DNA of 58,419 nt, counting the filler, from Dimargaris cristalligena (Eukaryota), in NCBI GenBank assembly GCA_003614675.1. It is 5 parts of 5 records of this genome, joined end to end, with 100 filler letters (N's around TTAATTAATTAA, not from the genome) between each part and the next. Parts side by side here need not be neighbours in the genome. Positions count along the whole stretch, not along the records: positions 35,143 to 46,732 come from ML003102.1; positions 46,833 to 58,419 come from ML003103.1; 3 more parts are not named here. One strand, 5' to 3'. Positions within the stretch are counted from its first letter, which is position 1; every line of letters starts with the position of its first letter. Under the pieces are notes generated by a model. It searched no databases, was not told where the DNA came from, and was given only the letters and a program-made list of their open reading frames with translations. This document shows, piece by piece, positions 36,813-48,119 of the stretch. Both the position numbers and the translations under genes were made by a program.

Positions 36813-39800
36813 ATGGTCGCAACCACCCTCGTCGCAAAAACCCACGGTAAACGCATGCTTGCCCCAACCGCCAATACTCCGTCCAAGCGGCGGCTTGTGA
36901 AGATTAACTCCAACCAGGCAAGCGGCACCGTCCAGGCCAAGTCGGCCTCTCAAAGCGACACAAATGAGATAGGGTAAGTGTTTAACCTCGTTTTTCTCGT
37001 AGTACCCCTCCGAATGCACTGGTTAGCCGCCATGCCTCATTCTATACCCACATTGGCCAATACCCTCTTTTGTCATTCCATACACCTTCCATATGAACTC
37101 ACCGCTGGTCATTTATTCTTTTTTAATAATAATAATCTGCCAATCCACTGCCCTTCTAAAGAGAGTTCCCCCCAGGCTCCATTGTTCGTGTGGCCCTGCG
37201 CCATTTTGTCACGTACGACGCTTGCCAGTTCTCCCCCGGACCGCACCTGAACATGATCATTGGGCCCAACGGCACGGGCAAGAGCACCATCGTGTGCGCC
37301 ATCGCCTTGGGCCTGGGCGGCAACACTTCCATTTTAGGCCGCGCCAAGGACATTTCCGAGTTTGTCAAACATGGCTATGACCGAGCGTCCATCGAAATTG
37401 AACTCAAAGGCCACCCCGGCCATCGCAATCCCGTCATCAAGCGGCATATTCAGCGCAGTAGCAACTCCTCCACCTGGAAACTCAACGGCCACGCCTCTAC
37501 CTTTAAGGAGATCCAGGAAACCGTGCGGTCCTTTCGCATCCAAGTGGACAACCTGTGCCAGTTTTTACCCCAGGACAAAGTGTGCGAATTTGCCCAGATG
37601 AATTCCGCTGAGCTGCTACGGGAGACCCAAAAGGCCGCCGGGGAGGCCCAGCTAGCCGACTGGCATTCCCAACTCATTCTGCTGCGCAATCAGGAAAAGT
37701 CGCTGCAGGCTACCACCAGAGATGAGCGGGAAAGTATCGACAATCTCGTTAAGCGCAACGCCGTTTTGGAGCGGGATGTCCTGCGTTTCCAAGAGCGGGA
37801 GGCCATCCTCCGGCAAATCAAAATCATCGAAACTCGGATTCCCTTTGCGCAGTACGCCGAGGTCAAGGACCGCTTCGACACCATCAAAGAGGAGCGCAAA
37901 ACCGTTCACCAGAATTATAAACAGCTGCAGCGACAGCACCAACCCCACCTAGAGCTCAAGGCGAGCGTGGCCCACGATATCCAGGTGGCCGAGAGGCGTA
38001 AGAACTCCATGGAGGACGCCAGTCGTCGGTCCAACCAGCAGTTTGAAACGAAAATGACCGAGATTGAGAAACTGGACGCCGAATGCGACGATCAGCGCAA
38101 CCGATTGGGCGAGATTAAGAACCGCGAGGAAAGCCGCAAGCGCCAAATGGCCGAACTCAAGCGAGATATTGAGCTGCTCCAACGCGACATTGGGGCAGGG
38201 CCTCCCGAGGATCCTACGGCCGACCTCACGCGCCAAATGGATGAGCTTGGCCGGCAGCTACGGGATATGCAAAGCCGCGTCGATGAGCTACAGGGTCAGC
38301 AACAGGATATCATGGCCCAATCGCGCAATGCCCGCCAGCAAATGGAGCGTAAGCAAACCGAACTACAGCAGTTGGAGGATGTGCGCAACCAACGGTTAGT
38401 AGCGCTCGAGCGATTTGACGCGGATACCCACAAGGCCGTCCTATGGCTGCGGCAAAACCGGGACCAGTTCCAAGAATACGTGTTCGAACCCATCTGCCTC
38501 GAGATTAATATCACCGACGCGAATTTCGCCAAGGCCGTCGAGTCCCTTATCCAATCCTCTACCATGAAAACGTTTGTGTGCCAAACCGAGGGCGACTACC
38601 ACCTGTTTACGCGCGAGATTAACGATCGGTTGCGACTCAAGGCTAATGTCGTGTTGATTCTCGATAAGACCTTGGCGGATTATAAGGCCCCGGTCTCGCC
38701 GGACCAGCTACACGATTTCGGGTTCGAAAAATACGCCTTAGACCTGATTGATGGACCGGCCCCCGTGCTGGTTGCCCTTTGCGATATGGAGAAAATTCAC
38801 GCTACGCCCCTGAGCCGGCGCGCCATCAATCACGATCGGGTGGACTCCTCCCGGCTGCTGCGCCAATACGTAGCCCAGGACACTGTGTACCAAATTCAGT
38901 TTTCCCGGTACGGTAATCGGCTACCGTTTGTCACCACCAAAGTCATACGTCCCGGTCGTTTCCTCACCCAGTCGGCCAACGTCGAACACAAGGCGGCTCT
39001 AGAAGACGACATTGACCGGCTGCGATCCACCCTAAGCGGTGACGAGGGCCGGGTTAAAGAGTTGCGGGTAGTCGAGTCCCGGCTTCGCACCGAAAGCGAC
39101 GGGCTCCAACGGGAGCGCGAGCTGCTTACCAATCGCAAGCGGGAGTACGTGCAACGCCAGCGGGACTACGAGCGCCAAAAGATTCGGCTCGAGTCACACA
39201 AGGAGAAGCTGCAAGATCTGCGGCTTGCCCCCGAACAGGACCTCGCTCTGCAGGCCGATATCCGGACCAAATTGCATAGTCTGGCCGTTCGACGCGGCCG
39301 GTGCGTTATCCAGTCCAAAGAGTGCCTCCGAAAACTGATCGAGTCCCAGTCCCAATCCACGCAGGCCTTCCTTACCCACCTCCAGGCCATCAACAAACTG
39401 TCGGAGATTGACCGGCAGCTCGAAACCTACGACCGTGACCTCAAGGCGGCGGCGGAGGCGTACCGCGAGGTCACCGATCAGTTTAATGAAGCCAAGGCCC
39501 AGGCGGTTGAACTATTGGCCGAAGCAGACCAAATTAAGAATCGGCTGGACCCGGAACTGTGGGACGAAGTACTCCAGTACGGCAAAGACATGTCACTCGA
39601 TGAACTCGAGACCGCCCTCGTAAGTGAACGCACCAAGGCCGAATTGACCCATGCGGCCAACCCGGTGATTGTCGAACAATACCGGGCGCGGACCCGGGAC
39701 ATTGAAAAACTGCAAGCGCAACTGGCCCAGTCGGAGCGCGAACTGACGGACACGACCGCCGAACTCACCCGGATCCGCTCGCAGTGGGAAACACAGGTGG

Positions 39801-40279
39801 CGACTATTGTGGAACGCATCAGTACCCATTTCGCGGCGGCGTTTGACCGCATCGGCTGCGCAGGGGAAGTCCGACTCAGCCGGCACGATGACTTTGACAA
39901 ATGGGGCATCGACATTCTGGTCAAGTTCCGCGAGAGCGAACAGCTGCAGGTTTTGACAGGGCAACGGCAGTCCGGCGGCGAACGGTCAGTATCCACGATC
40001 CTGTACCTCATGGCCCTCCAGGAACTGGCGGTGGCGCCTTTCCGCGTGGTGGACGAGATTAACCAAGGCATGGACCCCCGGAACGAACGCATGATCCACC
40101 ACCAGTTGGTGCAGGTGGCCTGCGAAACGCTGTCGGCGCAGTATTTTTTGATTACCCCGAAGCTATTACCCAACTTGGAGTACCATCCCCGGATGAAAGT
40201 GCTTTGCATTTACAACGGGGAGTGGCAGCCCGAGAAGTTCCATATTGGAGCGTATATCCGCAACAAAGCAGGCGGTTAA
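36813..40279 (+). CDS. SMC5: Structural maintenance of chromosomes protein 5 (~1092 aa); exons 36813..36973 and 37162..40279
   Basis: GG|GTAAGT donor at 36974 and AAG acceptor at 37161 give ...NEIGEFPPGSIVRVALRHFVTYD. Walker A GPNGTGKS, QFLPQDKV Q-loop, coiled coils and hinge, QSGGERSVST signature, FRVVDEINQGMDPRNER Walker B/D-loop, QYFLITPKLL. Confidence 0.96.
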
Positions 40280-40338
40280 TGGGTGAGGGAGAGAGGGGGG
40301 CAAGTTTTGAAATCGTGATCTATCTAACTAGAGTCTTC

Positions 40339-40362
40339 TATATATATATATATATATATATA
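40339..40362. repeat. (TA)12 microsatellite in the SMC5 3' flank
   Basis: Perfect TA run. Confidence 0.85.
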
Positions 40363-41277
40363 GAGGCACCCCCTCCCGAACCGTGGCCAGCACCCCTTCT
40401 TATACCCGACTGTAATCCATATCTGATAGTGTATTGTTTATTAGTGATAATTAATGACCGAGATCGAATAAAGGAGGTTCGTAAATCGAAGTAGTATCGC
40501 CGTTGTGTGTATGTATCTGGGTGTGTAAGGTTCCTGAATTACGGGGTGACATTTATCGCGTAGCTATATCGGAGGCCCTGGTACATGGCTTATTCTCACT
40601 GAATTTGGACAGACGCTAGTTTAATCTCCAGATGAGACCATCTGCGCTTCCAATAGCGTGATAAACAGAGTCCGTGACTCACTAGCCCCAGGCAACTCCA
40701 GCCTCAATTACCCAGTGTATGTAGCACAGGCTATTTTGCATTAAATGGAATAACATTAGTCACTAGTTAGTTGTTAGTTATTATCATCGACTGCGTTGAA
40801 TTGGTGGAATATCGGATGGAATGAAGAGTCCCGCAAGCAGGCCGAGTCTGGGCTGGATGTTTACAGCCCTTCTCTCCACGATTACAGGACCATTGTCTAA
40901 TGGCTAATCAACCAGTCACTTTGCGAGCTTCGAAAATCATGTCGCGCGGCAGGAGAAATCTCGCTACCTTCAGTGCCATTGGACATCGCTATATAAAATA
41001 CAGTGAAATATTGGCCTGGAGAGAACTTTTGCACTATTGGTTAGTACTCCGATTATTAATCTTTTTTTGGCTCATTGATAGATTTTTATTACTACTAAAC
41101 ACTGGGCTATTTTACCCTCCCGTAGCTGACTCGGTGGTTAGTTTTGCATTGCTCTTTTAAATTTTTAAGCCCTTGCCCTCTTCCATAGTTTCTCCAGACG
41201 CCGTCATCCTCACTCTATTTAATTGTCTATTTTTTCTTTCATCCGGCCCACTGTACACCTCGTGCTTCTCCGTCACC

Positions 41278-43674
41278 ATGTCCCAGATCCAGCTCAGCCT
41301 GACCACCACACCCGCCTCGGGCACTCCTGAGGCCGCCAATATCCTCAAGGTTTTCGTGGGTGCCGCCGTGTACCAGGCCACCCTCCAAACCGAGCGGGTC
41401 GAGCCCTCCAAAAAGAATGGTCCCCAGCTCAGCGTGACTCTTACCAGTGCCCAGCCCCCCGCGGTGTTGTTCGAGGCCAATGCTGTACTGCGTTATTTGG
41501 CTTCCCAGAGCCCCCAGGCCAACTCGGCCGGTCTCGTCGGTGCTTTGGCCGCCCTGCGTCTGAACTCGCTCTTCGAGATCGAGGAGAAGCGCATCGTGCC
41601 CCTGTTGGCCGCCAAGCGCCCGGACCTGGCCCAGATCTACGCCGCGCTAGACCCCCTGGCCCAGCAGTTTATTGCTTCGGCCGCTGCCGTCCCCGGACCC
41701 GCCGAAGTGGCTCTCTTCAGCGACCTCTACTTTGTCTATTCGGCTTCGTCCGCCGAGGCCACGGCGCCCTTCCCCCACCTCCAGGCCTGGTTCACCGCCT
41801 TGAACCAGCGCCCGGGAATTGCTGTGGCTATTACCGCCGCCCAGGCCTTCCTTGATGTGGTGCCTGTAGTCATCTTCCAGAAACCCAGTCTGAGTAACCG
41901 CCGTGTGGGCCCGGTTCGGGAATTGAGCGAAGATTTGAGCGGCAAGGTTCGCCCCATCCCCGGTCAGCGCAACGTACTCATCACCAGTGCCCTGCCCTAC
42001 GTGAACAACGTCCCCCATTTGGGTAACATCATCGGGTCCACCCTCAGTGCCGACGTCTACGCCCGTTACGCCCGGCTGCGCGGGTTCAACACCCTGTTCG
42101 TCTGCGGTACCGATGAGTACGGTACGGCCACCGAGACCAAGGCTCTGGAGGAAGGCGTAAGCTGCCAGGAACTCTGCGACAAATATAACGCTATCCATCG
42201 CCAGGTCTACGACTGGTTCGATCTTAGCTTCGACCATTTCGGCCGCACGACTACCCAGAAGCAGACCGAAGTGGCCCAGGACATGTTCCACAGCCTCCAC
42301 CGTAACGGATTTACCATCGAGGACACGCTGACCCAGCTCTTCTGCGAAACGTGCCAGCGTTTCCTGGCGGACCGCTATGTCGAAGGTGTTTGCCCCAAGT
42401 GCAAATACGAAGATGCCCGCGGTGATCAATGCGACGCCTGTGGTACCCTGCTGAATGCCGCTGATTTGGAGCAGCCCCGCTGTAAGCTCGACGGCAATCG
42501 CCCCATCCTGCGTGAATCTACCCACATTTTCCTGGATCTGCCCCAGTTGCAACCTAAAGTGGAGGCCTTTGTGGAGCGCTCCATCGAGGCTGGTCAGTGG
42601 TCGGTGAACGGCCGCACCATTACCCACAACTGGCTGCGGGAGGGCTTGAAGCCGCGCTGCATTACCCGTGATCTCAAGTGGGGTACCCCCGTTCCTTTGG
42701 AACATATGAAAGATAAGGTGTTCTACGTCTGGTACGACGCCCCCATCGGCTACCCTTCCATTACCGCCAACTACACGGACGACTGGCAGGCATGGTGGAA
42801 GAACCCGAAGGAGGTCCAGCTGTACCAATTCATGGGTAAGGACAATGTGCCTTTCCACTCGGTCATCTTCCCGGCCTGCGAAATCGGTACGGGCGAAGAC
42901 TGGACGCTGGTGCACCACATCAGCACCACGGAATACCTCAACTACGAAGGCGGTAAATTCTCCAAGAGCCGCAACATCGGGGTGTTCGGGACCAACGTCA
43001 TGGATACCGGGATTCCCGTCGAGGTCTGGCGCTACTACCTATTGGCCAACCGGCCGGAAACGAGCGATAGCATTTTCACCTGGAAGGAATTCGTCATGCG
43101 CAACAATACCGAACTACTGGCCAACGTGGGTAACTTCTGTAACCGCGTGATGAAGTTCATCAACACCGCCAAATACCAGTGTGTGGTGCCAGCCTGGAGT
43201 GAAGCCCTGGTCCACCCGCCCACCGGCGCCCCCGCCACGGCCGAGTCCCGCCTCATTGGTGAAGTGAACCAACTCCTTACTGAATATATTGCCAATTTCG
43301 ACGCCGTCCGTATCCGCACTGCCCTCAAACTGGCCATGGAAATTTCCCAACGCGGTAACGGCTACCTCCAGGAATCCAAGTTGGATAACTCGCTCTACAC
43401 CAACCACCGCGCCCAGTGCGATACGGTCATCGCCGTGGGGGTCAACTTGATTTACCTCTTGTCGGCCCTGTTCTACCCCTTCATGCCCTCGACCGCTCGC
43501 GCCATGTGCCAGCAATTGAACGCGCCTTTACATGTGATCCCCACCGAATTCAACCTAGACTTACTGCCCGGTCATGTAGTGGGTGAGGCCGAACACTTGT
43601 TCAAGCGGATTGACGAAAAGATGGCCGATGTGTACAGAGAACGATATGGTGGTGGCTCTTCCAAGGCGAAATAA
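41278..43674 (+). CDS. MES1: Cytosolic methionyl-tRNA synthetase with N-terminal GST-like domain, 798 aa
   Basis: caccATG start. ITSALPYVNNVPHLGN (HIGH), GTDEYGTATE, zinc knuckles CETC/CPKC/CDAC/CKLD, YVWYDAPIGY, GKDNVPFH, KFSKS (KMSKS). Strong C/G-ending codon bias. Confidence 0.97.
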   Translation: MSQIQLSLTTTPASGTPEAANILKVFVGAAVYQATLQTERVEPSKKNGPQLSVTLTSAQPPAVLFEANAVLRYLASQSPQANSAGLVGALAALRLNSLFEIEEKRIVPLLAAKRPDLAQIYAALDPLAQQFIASAAAVPGPAEVALFSDLYFVYSASSAEATAPFPHLQAWFTALNQRPGIAVAITAAQAFLDVVPVVIFQKPSLSNRRVGPVRELSEDLSGKVRPIPGQRNVLITSALPYVNNVPHLGNIIGSTLSADVYARYARLRGFNTLFVCGTDEYGTATETKALEEGVSCQELCDKYNAIHRQVYDWFDLSFDHFGRTTTQKQTEVAQDMFHSLHRNGFTIEDTLTQLFCETCQRFLADRYVEGVCPKCKYEDARGDQCDACGTLLNAADLEQPRCKLDGNRPILRESTHIFLDLPQLQPKVEAFVERSIEAGQWSVNGRTITHNWLREGLKPRCITRDLKWGTPVPLEHMKDKVFYVWYDAPIGYPSITANYTDDWQAWWKNPKEVQLYQFMGKDNVPFHSVIFPACEIGTGEDWTLVHHISTTEYLNYEGGKFSKSRNIGVFGTNVMDTGIPVEVWRYYLLANRPETSDSIFTWKEFVMRNNTELLANVGNFCNRVMKFINTAKYQCVVPAWSEALVHPPTGAPATAESRLIGEVNQLLTEYIANFDAVRIRTALKLAMEISQRGNGYLQESKLDNSLYTNHRAQCDTVIAVGVNLIYLLSALFYPFMPSTARAMCQQLNAPLHVIPTEFNLDLLPGHVVGEAEHLFKRIDEKMADVYRERYGGGSSKAK

Positions 43675-44562
43675 AGAGCGTTTGAGAGGTAGTTTTCGGG
43701 TTGGAGGGGTTTCAAAGTTTTTGAGGATTGATCTCTTTTATTATTATTTTTACTGGCTGCCGTCAACCACCCTCCCCTCCCTCCCCCTATTATTTTTTTA
43801 CCCACACCATGTCTTAACTTTCTTGTGCATCCTTTTCCCCACCCGGCTGCTTACACTATCCATTTGGCTACTTGCATCATTAACATTTGTGGGATTTTCT
43901 TTTTACACTTACGGACAAGTTATAAATATTTCCTCAATCTAACTCCTGGATAAAGGCAAGGTCTGCATTCTTGGTGGTGCGTCAGAACGCGACTGGTTTG
44001 TGTATATAGTGTTGCGGTACGTTCAATGCACTTGTAGGTTATATATTGAAGATCTATAAATGTATTGGACCCATCAAGACAAAAATTCGCAACCAATCCG
44101 TTGTATGATGCGTAAATTACCTACTAAATGAGTTATAACATATATATGTCACTGGGGCGATTTCTACGTATATGAGAAAAGGGTGTATTAACATTAAAAT
44201 TTACTAATGAGGAAAAAAAGTCGGGTGGCATGATATAAATCAAAATAATATTTCCACCAAAGAAATGAAAAAGGAAAATACTGCCACCACCTCCATTATT
44301 CCAGAGATGGTTGAATTATGGCTGGTATACAAACAAAGACACCGTAGAGTGGGGGGGAAGGGTTGATTGCTGCCCTTTCCCAATTTTTGCCACATTCCGA
44401 GGAGCATTTTGAAATTTGTCTAGGGTTGGTTTCCAATATAAATAGACTGGCATCACTCGGGGGTAGTTGTAACTCATTCAAAATACCCAAACAGACAAAC
44501 ATATCCATATAATAACCAGTCTAAATTAGCGACTGATTACTAAACTAATACGTCAGAATAGT

Positions 44563-44817
44563 TTAATCCTGGTCTGTTGGGTTTGGGCCCGGTGGCCTGG
44601 GGTTTATTGGCTCCCTAGGCCGTTGTGTATCATAATCGCGACACGGTATTGTGTCGGGAATAGAAGTATCATCCTGAGAAGGATGACTTAAGGTATTTGT
44701 TGTCTGCATTTCTGCAGAAGCCTGGTCATCTGTAGGACAATCGAGACCAGGGGAGGTGTGGTTAATTGGTGCCATAATATATCTAGTGGATGTTAGGAGA
44801 CTGTTAGAAAATGCCAT
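44563..44817 (-). CDS. Possible small orphan protein (84 aa, P/D/T-rich)
   Basis: TATAAAA on the minus strand at 44907..44901, pyrimidine-rich leader, ATG about 84 nt downstream, AT-rich 3' flank. No homology recognised. Confidence 0.3.
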   Translation of the reverse strand: MAFSNSLLTSTRYIMAPINHTSPGLDCPTDDQASAEMQTTNTLSHPSQDDTSIPDTIPCRDYDTQRPREPINPRPPGPNPTDQD

Positions 44818-46732
44818 TGGAATTAAGGGTTGTGACTGGCAGATAACAGTGAAAGTGCTTGAAAAATTGATTGAATGGCCTGAAGGAAGACAGGCGGACT
44901 TTTTATATCCAAGAGCCCTGGGCCCAAAAATTGTTGGCTAAGTACTGCTGCTATCCATCTATGTCACGTTAACAATAGGGTATTCTAACATAAGTGCGTC
45001 CACTGGGGGAATACTGGCACCCTCCCCCCCTTCCTTACCACCAGGTACAACCACCAACAAAGGAATCAGTGAAGTATGGTATAAAGAAGTCAGCCATGAA
45101 TTGTCTCTTTGTTGGCTTGTAGATCAGTAGGCCTCCATTACATAATTTACTTCTATGTTTCAATACACAATGTATAGGAGGTTCCAATGGTCTCCTCCTA
45201 AATGTCCTATAAGGTAGGCTGGATTTATCCAGCAACTTCGCGGTAGTTTGCAGTGGAGCATAGTAGTCTGGTGATAATTTTACGAGTGCTTCAGCATAGG
45301 TACCTTACTATCCTCGTGCTTTATTCTGTATTGGTCATAGCGCAGGGTCACAGCTAATAATTGCAGTGGGGGTTGGATAGTTAGCAATTGAACATTACTA
45401 TTGGGGTCAATACGTCAAGTCTGTCGATTTATGAAGGGCTATTAATATATACAATTTTTATTAGTCTAATACATGGACCTATTGAATAATTGTTTGGAAT
45501 AATTACACTAGAATACCGCCGCCTCTCTCTTGTATTTATTATATTCACATTCCAACCAGCTAAAATAGCTGCTGTGTGAATTATAAACCCGTAAATAACC
45601 ACCAAGTAGTACAGAATCTGGGAAACCAGCGACGGGAAACGTAGGGTGAGGTTTAATAAATGCCAGGTTTGGCAATGGCCGCCAAAATAACTTAGGAAAT
45701 AAAGTGTATATTTTGGTTAACTATGTAGAACATATCATAAAGATGCGGTGAACACGACCAGTGACACATAAAACACTAATGATGAAATTAATTCATAAGT
45801 ACATTGTGAGTTGATATATAACCAGTAACTTAACTTCGATAGTATTTGGATACCCCCCTAAAACTACCATGTAAACTGGAGTTGGGATTAATGGACAATG
45901 ACATGTGCCTTTTCTTGAGACCAGCCATAGCATTCTTTGGCAACTTTACTGCGGCCAGAATGGTATAGCGAATCATCCAGACTAGAAATATATGGAAACA
46001 TAGTACTATAAAAAGGCTTACTACATTGGCATTCACTTGGCATGTAATTATCAACCAAAAACTATTGCGGTTAATAGCACAAAAAAGGAGTAAAAGTCAC
46101 CGACTGAAAATAGTAACAATAAATCCTTGGATAACAATCGTCCCTCAACAGTGTCGATATTATATAGACCACCATTAATTAAGGGTAAACCTTGGCAGAT
46201 GATTATCTTGACCACTCCCCGTAAGCATGGAATAGCCTACCCATAAAGCAATTATACAGAATATCCTATCTAGGCAACCATAAATATGGCCAGTTAATCT
46301 ATAATAAATTTTCCCCAGCTTGTGTATCTATCTGGAAAAATAAGATTTAATTGGTGTTGCAGCATGAATGGTATAAGAAAGCCAGGCTGGACATCTAAGC
46401 AACTATCGCACAAATATCAAGTTTTTTTGGAAGGCAGTAGTGCAATAGCACCCTAAGTGTGGAAATACCTACACCCAGGCTTATAATCTAGTAACTGGGT
46501 ATCCATAATGTGGAAATTATGGGGCCTGTCATGCTTAATAATCTATAGGATTAAAGCCGACTAACTATGAAGGACTAGGCACCATCATCGCCTAGTTCTA
46601 TCAATGAGGCGCGGGAATTTGGCCTTGTTGAAGGATCAGTGTCCTTCAGCCATTCCCGCCACTCGATTCACATATTCCGCATATCACCTTCATTATATAC
46701 CCATCTATTATTAGTTATCATTTATATTACTA

Positions 46733-46832
46733 NNNNNNNNNNNNNNNNNNNNNNNNNNNNNNNNNNNNNNNNNNNNTTAATTAATTAANNNNNNNNNNNN
46801 NNNNNNNNNNNNNNNNNNNNNNNNNNNNNNNN
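46733..46832. other. Artificial contig spacer (N44-TTAATTAATTAA-N44)
   Basis: Same 100-bp spacer. Confidence 0.98.
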
Positions 46833-46834
46833 AT

Positions 46835-47179
46835 GCCTCGCCCAATTTCACGATTCGTCTGCGTCGCACGTCGAAATTACTCCAACCTAACCCCCGTAAG
46901 GTCCTCTTTCTCGTCGTCTACAGTAGTCGACGCGGTATAGCCGAGGTGTACCGGGCCCGGCACGGTGAACGGGTGGCCGCGTTCCACCTGGGTCCCCACT
47001 GGACCCTCTTGGCCACACCCACCCAGTCCCTCGGGGGCAGTATGATCGTCGACAACGGCGTGGTTGCTAAACGAGTGGATAGTTCCAAAATCGCTCAGAC
47101 GTCATTAATGAGTCCCAGCGGTCAGATTTGGAACATTAAGATTCCGCGCCAGTGTGCAGTAGCCTCCTTGTCCCCTTAA
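46835..47179 (+). CDS. RAB3GAP2: 3' end of a Rab3 GTPase-activating protein non-catalytic subunit homolog (RAB3GAP2_N domain); 5' part lost at contig start
   Basis: Frame is open from the gap: KVLFLVVYSSRRGIAEVYRARHGERVAAFHLGPHWTLL. This matches the RAB3GAP2 motif FLVIYAPRRGILEVW...GPRVGAFNVG as I recall it. Confidence 0.75.
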   Translation, partial: ASPNFTIRLRRTSKLLQPNPRKVLFLVVYSSRRGIAEVYRARHGERVAAFHLGPHWTLLATPTQSLGGSMIVDNGVVAKRVDSSKIAQTSLMSPSGQIWNIKIPRQCAVASLSP

Positions 47180-48119
47180 CCGTTACTGCTATATCGACAC
47201 CCCCCCCTCCGCTCTCCTATCCGCTTGGACCGCTCCCCCCTTCCTTTTCATTCCTATTATTATTTTTATTATCACTATCGTTGGCAAGTCGGTTTTTTTT
47301 TATTATTATTTTGTTGTATTGACTGACACCCCTCTCATATACCCCGTTCTGTACTTCATTCTTATCCCCGTTTCGCACATCCACTCTATTTTTCTCTATT
47401 TAAAACCAACAAGATATCAACCCCAAACCCAAACCCAATTTCTAATTTACCATCAGGTAAAAAGCTCTGTGATATGTCCCTACACAATTAGACTATCTTT
47501 TGCTACCAATTTTATTTGGTAGTACAAGGCCGCAAAAGTGCGCCTAAGCCCTTTAATAACACGACAGTCACCTGGTGTACCAGGGGCGTTGCAAGATTAA
47601 TGGTACATAACACTAATAAGAGCGCACATTTTCATTTGCAGTATGGTATGGAAGGAAGTAGATTAAACTTGCGATCTTATTGACTTTGGCTGTTGAGAAC
47701 TAGGGAATAGTAACTAATATTTTAGAACTATAAAACAATACAATTATAGATGCCTGGCAACTTACGTTGAAGTCGACAAGAGAGGGGGGATTATGGCGCT
47801 CCAATACCAGTTGGGTCAGGGGATTAGCCGGCGCACCAGGGACGCTAAAAAAATTATGAATCGATTAAATTTATTCAACACTCATTCATATATCCCTAAT
47901 CCATTGGATAGTATCACCAAACCCAGACATCCAGGTGCAGTCTCTGTACGTGGATTATAAAGATGGGATAGAGGGGGGGGGGTGGCCATTGCCACATATT
48001 ATACGATAAAGGGGGAAGTGACCTAAATAGGTCAACATTTGGTTTACCGAGTGGCGTTCGATGATTAGCGCGATGAATAGCTAGGAGCGCAGCAGGTAAG
48101 CCGGATTTTGTGATGAATT

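Noticed and set aside
39478..40209. 243-aa antisense ORF within SMC5
   Set aside because: Shadow ORF of a GC-rich coding sequence.
19833..40279. Apparent DNA-repair/chromatin cluster (PSO2, SMC5, and further on ASH1)
   Set aside because: The genes lie on different concatenated contigs, so the adjacency is artificial.
41173..41277. In-frame non-AUG N-terminal extension of MetRS as a mitochondrial isoform
   Set aside because: The extension has no Arg/Lys and reads like a pyrimidine-rich UTR; the ATG at 41278 has ideal context.
41647..42918. 423-aa antisense ORF opposite MetRS
   Set aside because: It is an antisense shadow expected from the strong C/G third-position bias of the sense gene; no motif recognised.
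45035..45300. Minus-strand open frame containing NGGLLIYKPTKRQF (loosely GT8-like) followed by a GTAAGG donor
   Set aside because: No DxD motif or supporting exons were found; the similarity is too weak to call.
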